Shown here piece after piece: positions 11,084 to 20,620 of a DNA stretch of 50,118 nt. The translations under genes were made by a program, and so were the position numbers. Below the pieces are notes generated by a model. It made no database searches. It saw only the letters and a program-made list of their open reading frames with translations, and was not told the DNA's origin. The stretch is taken from assembly GCA_016779015.1 (NCBI GenBank), contig JADHOK010000001.1:1-50118 (forward strand), given 5' to 3'. The DNA comes from PS1 clade bacterium (GTDB taxonomy: Bacteria > Pseudomonadota > Alphaproteobacteria > RS24). Numbering within the stretch: the first letter of the stretch is position 1; every line of letters starts with the position of its first letter.

Positions 11084-12592
11084 TCAGCGGTTCTTTCTTT
11101 CTGCGGCGAGTGTCAGCGCAATCTCGGCGGCGCGAAACAGCGCGGCGGCTTTGTTCACCGTCTCATCATATTCATATTGCGGCGTTGAATCATAGACCAC
11201 GCCACCGCCCGCCTGCACATATAGTTTGTTGTCTTTGACAACGGCGGTGCGCAGCGCGATGCATGTGTCCATATCGCCATTGGCAGAAAAATAACCGACG
11301 CAGCCCGAATAAATGCCGCGCCGCTCCGGCTCCAACTCGTCGATGATTTCCATGGCGCGGATTTTCGGTGCGCCCGACACCGTGCCGGCCGGGAAGCCCG
11401 CGACGAGCGCGTCAATCTCATCGAGGTCTTGGCGCAGCGTGCCGGTGACATCTGAAACAATATGAATGAGGTGCGAAGTCTTTTGCAGGCCGAATGCGAC
11501 ATTGACACTGACCGAACCGATTTCCGAAACGCGGCCGACATCATTGCGTCCCAAATCGAGTAGCATTAAATGCTCGGCGCGCTCTTTTTCATCGGCCAAT
11601 AGCTCGGCGCTGATGGCTTCGTCCTCGGCCATGCTGGCACCGCGCTTTCTTGTCCCGGCGATGGGGCGAATATTGACCTCGCGGTCTTTCACCCCGACCA
11701 ACACTTCCGGACTGGAGCCGACAACCGCGAAGTCGCGCATATTCAAGAAGAACAGATAAGGTGATGGATTGACGCGGCGCAGCGAGCGATAGAGGTCGAA
11801 AGGCGGCAGGTCGAAATCAATATGGAAGCGCTGGCTCAGCACCACTTGAAACACATCACCCGCCTCAATATAGGCTTTGCCTTTTTCCACCATGTCGAAA
11901 TATTGCGCTTGCGTCATGTTTGATTGCGGCGCGGCGAAATCATTAGGCGCGACCATCGGCGCGTCGGGCAGGGCGGCGCTCAGTTTTTCTTCCGCCGCTT
12001 CCAGTCGCGCCAACGCTGCTTCATAGGCGTCATCGGCGCTGCTGTCATCGGGGCGCACCGGTGTCACCAAGCGGATATTATCGGTGACGCTGTCAAACAC
12101 CGCAATCAGCGTCGGGCGCATGAACAGACAATCGGGCACTTGCATGACGTCGGCATTGTCGTCGGGCAGGTCTTCCATATGCCGCACCATGTCATAGGCC
12201 ATATAGCCAAAGACACCGGCCGACATCGGCGCCAGCCCTTCCGGCACGTCGAGGCGCGACTCGGCCAGCACCGAACGCAGCGCATCCAGCGGCGCGCCGT
12301 CCATGGGTGAAAAATCATCCTGATTGACCGACGCGTTGCGATTGAGCTCGGGTTGACCGTCATGCACGCGGAACAGTAAATCGGGGGCGAGGCCGATCAT
12401 TGAATAGCGACCGCGAATGTCGCCATCCTCAACCGACTCTAAAAGAAAGCTGAAATCCTCGCCGCCTGATAATTTTAGATAAGCAGCGACCGGGGTTTCC
12501 AAATCGGCGATTAATTCGGTCCAGACAAGCTGCGGCGTGCCATCGGCATAGGCCGCGGCGAAGGCAGCGCGGTCCGGCGTCGCTGCGGTCAT
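11084..12592 (-). CDS. trpE: Anthranilate synthase component I
   Basis: LLESVE, NPSPY, PIAGTRKRG, EHLMLLDLGRND, PAGTVSGAPK. Confidence 0.97.
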   Translation of the reverse strand: MTAATPDRAAFAAAYADGTPQLVWTELIADLETPVAAYLKLSGGEDFSFLLESVEDGDIRGRYSMIGLAPDLLFRVHDGQPELNRNASVNQDDFSPMDGAPLDALRSVLAESRLDVPEGLAPMSAGVFGYMAYDMVRHMEDLPDDNADVMQVPDCLFMRPTLIAVFDSVTDNIRLVTPVRPDDSSADDAYEAALARLEAAEEKLSAALPDAPMVAPNDFAAPQSNMTQAQYFDMVEKGKAYIEAGDVFQVVLSQRFHIDFDLPPFDLYRSLRRVNPSPYLFFLNMRDFAVVGSSPEVLVGVKDREVNIRPIAGTRKRGASMAEDEAISAELLADEKERAEHLMLLDLGRNDVGRVSEIGSVSVNVAFGLQKTSHLIHIVSDVTGTLRQDLDEIDALVAGFPAGTVSGAPKIRAMEIIDELEPERRGIYSGCVGYFSANGDMDTCIALRTAVVKDNKLYVQAGGGVVYDSTPQYEYDETVNKAAALFRAAEIALTLAAERKNR

Positions 12593-14484
12593 CGCGTCAC
12601 CAGATCGCGCGTCGCGAGGTCCAGATTCCTTCGATTGACATCGGCACCGAAATTTTGCTGCAGACTGAGCACGAATTGATTGGTCAGGTCGGCGTGATAT
12701 TTACGACGCTCACCGTCGAAAATAATATCGCGGGCCGCGCCATCGGTCAGTTCGGCGTCGATAATATCGGCCACTTGCATGACGATAATCTCACCGCCAA
12801 AGCCGACACCGGCCCAAGCAAATTCGTTCTCGCCGACATCGAATAAGCGCTTCACCGCTTCCTCAGAGAAAGTGTCGTTGGAGACCTGCCGCGTCATCGG
12901 CTCGGAAACCAGCGGCTTGCGCTTAAAGCCCTCGGCGGCGGATTTAAAGCTGCCCGTCTCATTGCCGACTTTCACCATATGCGTGGCCATGGCCTGCAAC
13001 AGCTTGCTGCGCTCATCGACTTTCCATTCAGCAATCACAGCGTCGCGCACATCGGCCAGCGGCGGCACAATGGTCGGCGAGATATCATTGAGGCGCAGCC
13101 AGATAAACGTGCCGTCTGCCATTTCTTGCATCGGAATATCTTCACCGACAGCGCTCTCAAACAACAGTCCGGTCAGCGTATCATAACGCGCCAGAATGGC
13201 CGGCTGCTTATTGTCAAGCGTCTTGCCGGTATTGGCAATATTGTCGATGCGAATAACATCAAGGTCGAAGCGCTGGCCGATATTCTCCAGCGTCTCGCCG
13301 CCCGCCAACTCGTCTTCGACGGTCTCGGTAAAGGCCAGCATATCTTCCAGCGCGCGGTCATAAATAACCCGTTGGCGCAACCGGTCTTCCACCGCTTCCA
13401 GCGGCAGGGTTGAGCCGCGTGTGATGTCGCGCACGCGCAGCACCACATAGCCTAGCGGGCCTTCGATAACATCGCTGATTTCGCCCTCGGCCATGGCAAA
13501 AGCCTGCTCGGCGAGGTCGGCTGAAATCATGTCGCCGCGTTCAACTTCACCCAGATCGGTGTTCTCCAAAGTCTCGCCAACCGCATCGACAATCTCGACA
13601 AAAGACGCGCCGCCCTCTTTCAACGCCGTCACCTTTGCGGCCGCGGCATCGTCTGACAGAACCAGCTGGTCAATCTTGCGTTTCTCCTCAACCGTGAAGT
13701 CGCTCCTGGATAGCTCGTATTCTTCTTCCAGCGTGGCGCGGTCAATGGAGATAAGCTCGGCAAAACGCGCCGGGGAAACAACCAGCGCGTGACCCGAGCG
13801 GGTTTCCGGCTGCGCGAAACGCAATTTGGTCTCATTGAAGAAAGTCTCGAGTTCTTCTTCGGTCGGCTCGCCGGTTTCGTCAGTTTGGTCGAGCGTCAAA
13901 ATCATATAATTGGCGACGCGGCGCTCAAGGAAATGCCTATACAGATTTTCGACCAGCAGCTTCGGCACCAGACCGCGACCAATGCTGGCTTCGGTCAGTT
14001 GTTTGGTGACGTGGAAACGGCGTTGGTCTGCAACGAATAATTGCTCATTGAGGCCGTTTTGCGCGAGCACGGCGCGGAATGTCGGTTCGTCAAAACTGCC
14101 ATTAATGCCGGCAAAGCTGGGGTCGTTCAAAATCGCCTGCGCGATGGCCTCGTCGCCAAAGCCGAGGCCCAATTCTTCGGCCGCTTCGTGCAGTGCCGCA
14201 CCGCCCATCATATTGACCAACACCTGCTGCGAAATACCGAGATTATTGGCGTCCGCCGCCGATAATGGAGTGCCGAGCTGGCGCGAGATTTCGCGCGTTT
14301 GTTGCGCATAGCGCAGTTGGAATTCCTGCCGTTCTATCTTCTTGCTGCCGACCGAGGCGATTTCGGTATTGGCAAAACCGGTAAAAGTATCGGCAATACC
14401 CCACAGACCAAAGGCAATGACCAGCAGACCGATAAGAAGAATGCCAAGCACACCGCTGGCTTTGCTGCGCAGGAATTTGAGCAT
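12589..14484 (-). CDS. ppiD: PpiD/SurA-N family periplasmic chaperone (peptidylprolyl isomerase-like)
   Basis: True start MLKFLRSK at 14484, then an N-terminal TM (LLVIAFGLWGI), SurA-N and parvulin-like domains; conserved between tpiA and trpE. Confidence 0.85.
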   Translation of the reverse strand: MLKFLRSKASGVLGILLIGLLVIAFGLWGIADTFTGFANTEIASVGSKKIERQEFQLRYAQQTREISRQLGTPLSAADANNLGISQQVLVNMMGGAALHEAAEELGLGFGDEAIAQAILNDPSFAGINGSFDEPTFRAVLAQNGLNEQLFVADQRRFHVTKQLTEASIGRGLVPKLLVENLYRHFLERRVANYMILTLDQTDETGEPTEEELETFFNETKLRFAQPETRSGHALVVSPARFAELISIDRATLEEEYELSRSDFTVEEKRKIDQLVLSDDAAAAKVTALKEGGASFVEIVDAVGETLENTDLGEVERGDMISADLAEQAFAMAEGEISDVIEGPLGYVVLRVRDITRGSTLPLEAVEDRLRQRVIYDRALEDMLAFTETVEDELAGGETLENIGQRFDLDVIRIDNIANTGKTLDNKQPAILARYDTLTGLLFESAVGEDIPMQEMADGTFIWLRLNDISPTIVPPLADVRDAVIAEWKVDERSKLLQAMATHMVKVGNETGSFKSAAEGFKRKPLVSEPMTRQVSNDTFSEEAVKRLFDVGENEFAWAGVGFGGEIIVMQVADIIDAELTDGAARDIIFDGERRKYHADLTNQFVLSLQQNFGADVNRRNLDLATRDLVTR

Positions 14485-14619
14485 GTGTCTTTCTCTTTCT
14501 GGCGGAGGAACGCCGCTATAATTGCGCGGCATCATAGTGTGCCGCGCCGCTTGTCGCAAGCGGGCGAACGGGTTAAACAGGCAGACTAAACAGGCAGAGT
14601 TCAAATTTGGGAGACACGC

Positions 14620-15441
14620 ATGGCACCGCGAAAATCTGCGCCGAAAATCAAACCGTCCAAGCGGCCCAATCCACCCAATCCGCCAAAGGCACCCAAACCA
14701 CCCAAGCCACTTGTGGCCGGTAATTGGAAAATGAACGGCACCCGCAAACAGCTTGGCGAGCTGCGCAAGCTGGCCACCGCCTTGGCGCGCAAAAAAGCCA
14801 AAGCCGAGGTGATGATTTGTCCGCCGGCAACCCTGCTGGGGCCAATGGCGGCTGTTAAAGCCAAAGGCGTTCTGCTGGGCGGACAAGACTGCCACGCTAA
14901 TGTCAGCGGCGCGCATACCGGTGATGTCTCGGCCGAAATGCTCAAGGATGCAGGGGCCAAGGCGGTGATTGTCGGCCACTCCGAGCGTCGGGCCGACCAT
15001 GGCGAAACCGACAAGCAGGTGAAAGCCAAAGTCGAAGCGGCGCATCGTGCCGGTCTGGTGGCCATAATGTGCATTGGCGAAAGTCTGAAACAGCGCAAAG
15101 CCGGTGAGACGCTCAAGCTTGTCCAAAGCCAATTGCGCGGTTCGCTGCCGAATGGCTGCACCGCGAAAAACACCGTCATTGCTTATGAACCGGTTTGGGC
15201 CATCGGCTCCGGTTTGACACCGACGGTCGAGCAAATCGAGGCAGTGCATACGGCGCTTCGAACAGCGCTCATGCGCCGGTTTGGCGACGAAGGCGCAAAG
15301 ATGCGTATTCTTTACGGCGGTTCGGTGAAACCCAGCAATGCGGCGGAGTTGATGGCGGTGCCGAACGTCAATGGCGCGCTGGTTGGCGGTGCCAGTCTGA
15401 CGGCGAAAGACTTCGGCGGCATTATCGACGCTTATCGTTAG
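14620..15441 (+). CDS. tpiA: Triosephosphate isomerase with Pro/Lys-rich N-terminal extension
   Basis: [41 protein letters not shown]; GGAGA RBS before ATG 14620. Confidence 0.97.
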   Translation: MAPRKSAPKIKPSKRPNPPNPPKAPKPPKPLVAGNWKMNGTRKQLGELRKLATALARKKAKAEVMICPPATLLGPMAAVKAKGVLLGGQDCHANVSGAHTGDVSAEMLKDAGAKAVIVGHSERRADHGETDKQVKAKVEAAHRAGLVAIMCIGESLKQRKAGETLKLVQSQLRGSLPNGCTAKNTVIAYEPVWAIGSGLTPTVEQIEAVHTALRTALMRRFGDEGAKMRILYGGSVKPSNAAELMAVPNVNGALVGGASLTAKDFGGIIDAYR

Positions 15442-15551
15442 GCTTTTCGGCGGGTAGACAAGCCCCTAAGTGGTGGCGTGACCGGCGCAGTGCGGGTTTG
15501 CATTCACCCCTTAAATAGGCTAAACCGCTGCAAATTGATTTGGAGAAACCC

Positions 15552-15887
15552 ATGACCACCATTCTTTTGGTCATTCATCTAATGGTCGCGGTTGCGATGA
15601 TTGTGCTGGTGCTGCTGCAACGCTCTGAGGGCGGGGCGCTGGGCATTGGCGGCGGTAGCGATGGCATGATGAGCGCGCGCGGTCTCGGCAATGCGATGAC
15701 GCAGGCGACGGCTATTCTGGCCGGTGTGTTTTTCCTCACCTCAATCGGTCTGACTGTGCTCGGCACGATGGAAAACCGTTCTTCGGTGCTGGATGGCGTC
15801 ATTGAAACCGACGGTCCGTCTTCGACGACACCGCAAGCACCGGCACCGGTTTTGCCTGACCTGAATGATTTACCCACCCCGGAATAA
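15552..15887 (+). CDS. secG: Preprotein translocase subunit SecG
   Basis: Two TM helices around VLLQRSEGGALG; tpiA-secG-pyrG synteny. Confidence 0.95.
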   Translation: MTTILLVIHLMVAVAMIVLVLLQRSEGGALGIGGGSDGMMSARGLGNAMTQATAILAGVFFLTSIGLTVLGTMENRSSVLDGVIETDGPSSTTPQAPAPVLPDLNDLPTPE

Positions 15888-15957
15888 AATTTTCTGTTCA
15901 AAAATGGCTGATTCGTGTTTTTCGACTCGCGCGAATCACTGCGCCTGTTTAATTTGA

Positions 15958-17592
<1,635 letters not shown>

Positions 17593-17600
17593 AGGTCAAA

Positions 17601-18449
17601 ATGGACACGCTCGAGTTGAAAGAACACGGCATTAAAATCGGCGATGGCGAGAAGCTGGTCGTTATGGCGGGGCTGAATGTGCTGGAGGATGAGGGGCTGG
17701 CGCTGGAAGTTTGCGCCGAGTTAAAGGCCGTCTGCGCGGCGCTCGACCTGCCTTATATTTTCAAAGCCAGTTGGGACAAAGCCAATCGCTCATCCATTGC
17801 CAGCTATCGTGGCCCGGGCTTGGAAGCCGGCCTGCCGATGCTGGCGGCCGTGAAAGCGGCGCATAATGTGCCCGTTGTCACCGACCTGCACGAGGCCGAC
17901 CAGGCCGAGGCGGTGGCCGAGATTGCCGAAGTGGTGCAGTTACCGGCGTTTCTGGTGCGGCAAACCGATTTGGTGGTGGCGACGGCGCAGGCCGTGGCCA
18001 AACGCGGCGGCTGGCTGCATGCCAAAAAAGCGCAATTTCTCGCGCCGTGGGACTGCGCCAATATCATCTCCAAATCGCGCGAGGCCGCGCCCGATGTGCA
18101 AATCATCCTGTGCGATCGCGGAACAAGTTTCGGCTATAACAATCTCGTCGTCGATATGCTGGGCATTCCGGAGATGAAAAAACTCGGTGTGCCGGTGACC
18201 ATGGACGCCACCCATGCGGTGCAACTGCCCGGTGCCGACCCGCGCACCGCAGGCGCTTCAACCGGCGGTCGCCGCGACGGCGTGTCGGTGCTGGCCAAGT
18301 CGGCCATTGCGGCGGGGGCCAATGGCGTTTTCCTCGAGTTTCATCCAAAACCCGACGAAGCATTATGCGATGCGCCGAGCTGCTTGCCATTGTCTGACGC
18401 CAAAGCGCTGCTCAGCACGCTGAAAGACATTCACGCTGTGGTGAGTTAG
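17601..18449 (+). CDS. kdsA: 3-deoxy-8-phosphooctulonate (KDO8P) synthase, metal-independent signature
   Basis: KASWDKANRSS, LPAFLVRQTD, DATHAVQ, CDAPS; start at ATG 17601 after GAGG. Confidence 0.93.
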   Translation: MDTLELKEHGIKIGDGEKLVVMAGLNVLEDEGLALEVCAELKAVCAALDLPYIFKASWDKANRSSIASYRGPGLEAGLPMLAAVKAAHNVPVVTDLHEADQAEAVAEIAEVVQLPAFLVRQTDLVVATAQAVAKRGGWLHAKKAQFLAPWDCANIISKSREAAPDVQIILCDRGTSFGYNNLVVDMLGIPEMKKLGVPVTMDATHAVQLPGADPRTAGASTGGRRDGVSVLAKSAIAAGANGVFLEFHPKPDEALCDAPSCLPLSDAKALLSTLKDIHAVVS

Positions 18450-18485
18450 GCTTATAAAGCCCGAAGGGAGCTTATCCCCTCAATT

Positions 18486-18521
18486 AAACGCGCCCGTGAA
18501 TGAGGCGCGGGAGAAGAAGAT
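18486..18521 (+). repeat. 36-bp direct repeat, copy 1 (left of brnT-brnA)
   Basis: aaacgcgcccgtgaatgaggcgcgggagaagaagat; 35/36 identical to 19101-19136; internal cgcgcc/ggcgcg hairpin. Confidence 0.95.
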
Positions 18522-18823
18522 TGACAAATGTATATACAAACCTTAGCTTTGAGTGGGACTTAGGCAATTGGCCGAAATGCGGCAAGCATGGTTTGTCGAA
18601 AGAGGTCATAGAGTATGCGTTAAATGCGGTGCAGCTGGTTCGCGAGGTGCAGCGTCGCGCCGATAGCGAGCGGCGGTTTCAAGCCGTCTGCCTATCGCCG
18701 GATGGCGCATATGTATTTATTGTGTTTGTTGTTCGTAATCGCCGAATACGGCCAGTAAGCGCCCGCCCCATGCACATGAAAGAGGTTCAAAAATATGAGA
18801 AAGACAGCCAAAGAAAAGGGTAA
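18500..18823 (+). CDS. brnT: BrnT-family (DUF497) type II toxin
   Basis: FEWD..N..K..KHGL, ERRFQAV, VFVVR..RIRPVSARPM..KE pattern; start uncertain (ATG 18500 or TTG 18521). Confidence 0.85.
   Translation: MRRGRRRLTNVYTNLSFEWDLGNWPKCGKHGLSKEVIEYALNAVQLVREVQRRADSERRFQAVCLSPDGAYVFIVFVVRNRRIRPVSARPMHMKEVQKYEKDSQRKG
18521..18549 (+). promoter_or_regulatory. Candidate sigma70 promoter with palindromic operator of the brnTA module
   Basis: TTGACA (18521-26), 17 nt, TAGCTT (18544-49); palindrome TGTATATACA in the spacer. Confidence 0.55.
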
Positions 18824-19094
18824 GAAATTTCCGGATTTTAAATCCGACAAGGAAGCCGAGCACTTTGTCGATACGGCGGATTTGTCGGAATATGATTTCT
18901 CGGACTTCCGCCCCATGTCGGAAGTGCTGGCTGATGTAGAGCTTGAGCAGAAGGATATGCAGGTCAATATCCGCATGCCGACAACGCTTTACGGCGCATT
19001 GAAGGCAACCGCCAAAACACGCAAAATCCCGTATCAACGTCTGGTTCGCAAACTTTTGGCCGACGGCCTGCAATCTATGGATAGCAAAAAGTAA
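18795..19094 (+). CDS. brnA: BrnA/CopG-type RHH antitoxin
   Basis: FPDFKSDKEAEHF..DLSEY N-terminus and VNIRMP..LKATAK..IPYQRL RHH; overlaps brnT. Confidence 0.85.
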   Translation: MRKTAKEKGKKFPDFKSDKEAEHFVDTADLSEYDFSDFRPMSEVLADVELEQKDMQVNIRMPTTLYGALKATAKTRKIPYQRLVRKLLADGLQSMDSKK

Positions 19095-19100
19095 AATCGC

Positions 19101-19136
19101 AAACGCGCCCGTGAAAGAGGCGCGGGAGAAGAAGAT
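19101..19136 (+). repeat. 36-bp direct repeat, copy 2 (right of brnT-brnA)
   Basis: aaacgcgcccgtgaaagaggcgcgggagaagaagat. Confidence 0.95.
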
Positions 19137-19179
19137 GACTTCGATTGTGAGGCGGGTTTGTGGGTAAGCCAAAACCCCT

Positions 19180-19524
19180 TCACCTCATCCCAATCATGAG
19201 CAGTTTGATTGCGTGGCGCTGTTGGGAGTTCAGGCGGCGCAGATATTCGACGATGCGGCGGGTTTGCCAGTCGAGCAGCATCGTGTGGTCGGGTGGGGCG
19301 GTAAGTTCCTCCAACGTCACATTGAGCTTTCGCGCAATAATGTCGAGATGCGGCGGGTGAATGGCCTGGAAGCCATATTCATAGCCGCGAATAAGGCCCG
19401 GTTTTAACGGCCCCTCGGCTAAATCCTTGCGGCTCAACCCCTGATAGGCTCGGAAAATCCAAATATTTTCACGGGCGTTTTCCGCTTTTAGCGGCGATAG
19501 AAACATCGCTTGTTGGTCGGGCAT
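19180..19524 (-). CDS. XRE-family helix-turn-helix protein
   Basis: NIWIFRAYQGLSRKDLA..IRGYEYG..LDIIARKLNVTLEEL HTH_3 pattern; ATG 19524 preceded by AAGAGG. Confidence 0.75.
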   Translation of the reverse strand: MPDQQAMFLSPLKAENARENIWIFRAYQGLSRKDLAEGPLKPGLIRGYEYGFQAIHPPHLDIIARKLNVTLEELTAPPDHTMLLDWQTRRIVEYLRRLNSQQRHAIKLLMIGMR

Positions 19525-19535
19525 TGTCGGCCTCT

Positions 19536-19600
19536 TCTTGCTGCGCTTGCTCACCGACACTCGGTTGCCCGAGTGTCGGGGGCAGCAAGACCGCACAAAG
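19536..19600 (-). promoter_or_regulatory. Structured leader with the antisense target site in front of the XRE gene
   Basis: Perfect 11-bp hairpin 19554-19579 inside a 9-bp outer stem (19536-44/19582-90) abutting the SD; target ctttgtgcg-gt-cttgct at 19584-19600. Confidence 0.65.
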
Positions 19601-19733
19601 AACGGCGTGGTGTATTCGGCAAAGCCTTATTCCACCACCACCCCGACCCGAAGGCGAGGTGAACATTGTTCCGCAATCCCATTAAAAAAAGCTTGGCCGT
19701 GAGACTAAGCCACATACGCAAAAAAAATTGCGG

Positions 19734-19787
19734 CTTTGTGCGAAGCTTGCTGGCTCCCGTGGGCCGTTCACTGACCCACGCGCAAAG
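19734..19787 (-). ncRNA. Candidate C4-like antisense RNA
   Basis: Minus strand: hairpin gtgggtc/ggcccac, hairpin ggagc-CAGCAA-gcttc, tail cgcacaaag; loop and tail are complementary to 19584-19600; extended -10 TGcTACGCT at 19786-19794. Confidence 0.55.
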
Positions 19788-19799
19788 CGTAGCAGAAAA

Positions 19800-19820
19800 T
19801 TAGCGCCCCCGATAGGGCGG
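19800..19820 (-). repeat. queF 3'-end copy 3 (PPYRGR-stop)
   Basis: Reverse complement is ccg ccc tat cgg ggg cgc taa. Confidence 0.85.
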
Positions 19821-19821
19821 C

Positions 19822-20139
19822 TTATCGGGTGGCGATTTTTGCGATGCTCAGTCGGTAGCCGAAACTGTTCAGCACTTTGTTGAAGGTGGCGATGGTCGGG
19901 TTGCCATTCGGCGAGAGGGCTTTTTGTAAACCCTGCCGTGTCATGCCGATTTGCTTGGCCGTCTCGCCCATGCCTTTCACCTTTGCGATATTGCGCAAGC
20001 TGGCGAGCGTGGCTTTTACATCGCCATTGGCGGCCAGCTCCTCGAAAATGTGTTCGAGATAGACATCGATTTGGTTCGGATTGCTGAGTAAGTAGCGTTC
20101 TTCGACTTCATCAAGTGTCGCGAAATTTTTATACTTCAT
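19822..20139 (-). CDS. Addiction-module antidote (HI1420-like XRE antitoxin)
   Basis: LRNIAKVKGMGETAKQIGMTRQGLQKALSPNGNPTIATFNKVL pattern; overlaps the toxin end. Confidence 0.88.
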   Translation of the reverse strand: MKYKNFATLDEVEERYLLSNPNQIDVYLEHIFEELAANGDVKATLASLRNIAKVKGMGETAKQIGMTRQGLQKALSPNGNPTIATFNKVLNSFGYRLSIAKIATR

Positions 20140-20442
20140 CTTGCATCTCCAGCCAGATCAGTTTGGCTTTCATTATGTCGGCGCGTTGTCGCCGTTTGGT
20201 GCCGCTGTGCAAAATAACAATAATCACATCATCAACATTGGCGTAGTACAGGCGATAGCCTGGCCCGATATTTAGCTTCAGTTCAAAAACGCCGTCTCCG
20301 ACAAACTCGCTATTGCCCACATTGCCTTGCCGTAAACGTTGCAGTCTGGCGTTTATTGCCGCACATCCAGCTTTGACAGCCAATCACCAAAGGCCTTGGC
20401 GTCATAAAAAGTGACCGTTTTTTCTTGCGTGGTTTTTACCAT
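20129..20442 (-). pseudogene. Frameshifted RelE/ParE-superfamily addiction-module killer (HI1419-like)
   Basis: ATG 20442 gives MVKTTQEKTVTFYDAKAFGDWLSKLDVRQ*; the conserved AAINARLQRLRQGNVG..GVFELKLNIGPGYRLYY part is in another frame. Confidence 0.8.
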
Positions 20443-20462
20443 CTTATCATTCTTTTTTTATA

Positions 20463-20482
20463 GTGCAAACCATAGTTTGCAC
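20463..20482. promoter_or_regulatory. Perfect inverted repeat, probable TA autorepression operator
   Basis: GTGCAAAC-cata-GTTTGCAC, 20 nt upstream of the toxin ATG. Confidence 0.7.
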
Positions 20483-20487
20483 CCGAT

Positions 20488-20559
20488 TTACCTGCCCCGA
20501 TAGGGCGGAACACCTTGGTCGGGGATAAACAATCCAGAGGGTGGTTCGCTCGTCTGCCA
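20488..20559 (-). repeat. queF 3'-end copy 2 (23 codons plus stop)
   Basis: Encodes [23 protein letters not shown]; 22/23 aa but only 55/72 nt identical to 20618-20689. Confidence 0.95.
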
Positions 20560-20620
20560 CGCTATAAGGGCTTGCTGAGCGAAGCGAAGTTTAGCCCGCC
20601 TTGCGCAGGCTTTCGGGCTA
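20560..20620. repeat. Modular palindromic (REP-like) element, possible terminator
   Basis: cgctataagggc, gagcgaagcga, cttgcgcaggct and ttcgggcta blocks are shared with 45217-45259 and 46728-46927; tagcccg/cgggcta stem. Confidence 0.7.

Noticed and set aside
14485-15249. 255-aa N-terminal extension of the 886-aa ORF as a PpiD fusion
   Set aside because: It is mostly the antisense of tpiA; PpiD homology begins at ATG 14484.
18486-19136. 36-bp hairpin repeat as a CRISPR array
   Set aside because: There are only two copies, separated by ~580 nt of TA genes, and no cas genes.
18450-20620. Integron or CALIN cassette array
   Set aside because: I recognised no RYYYAAC...GTTRRRY attC structures, and the only integrase in the window is P4-type, 26 kb away.
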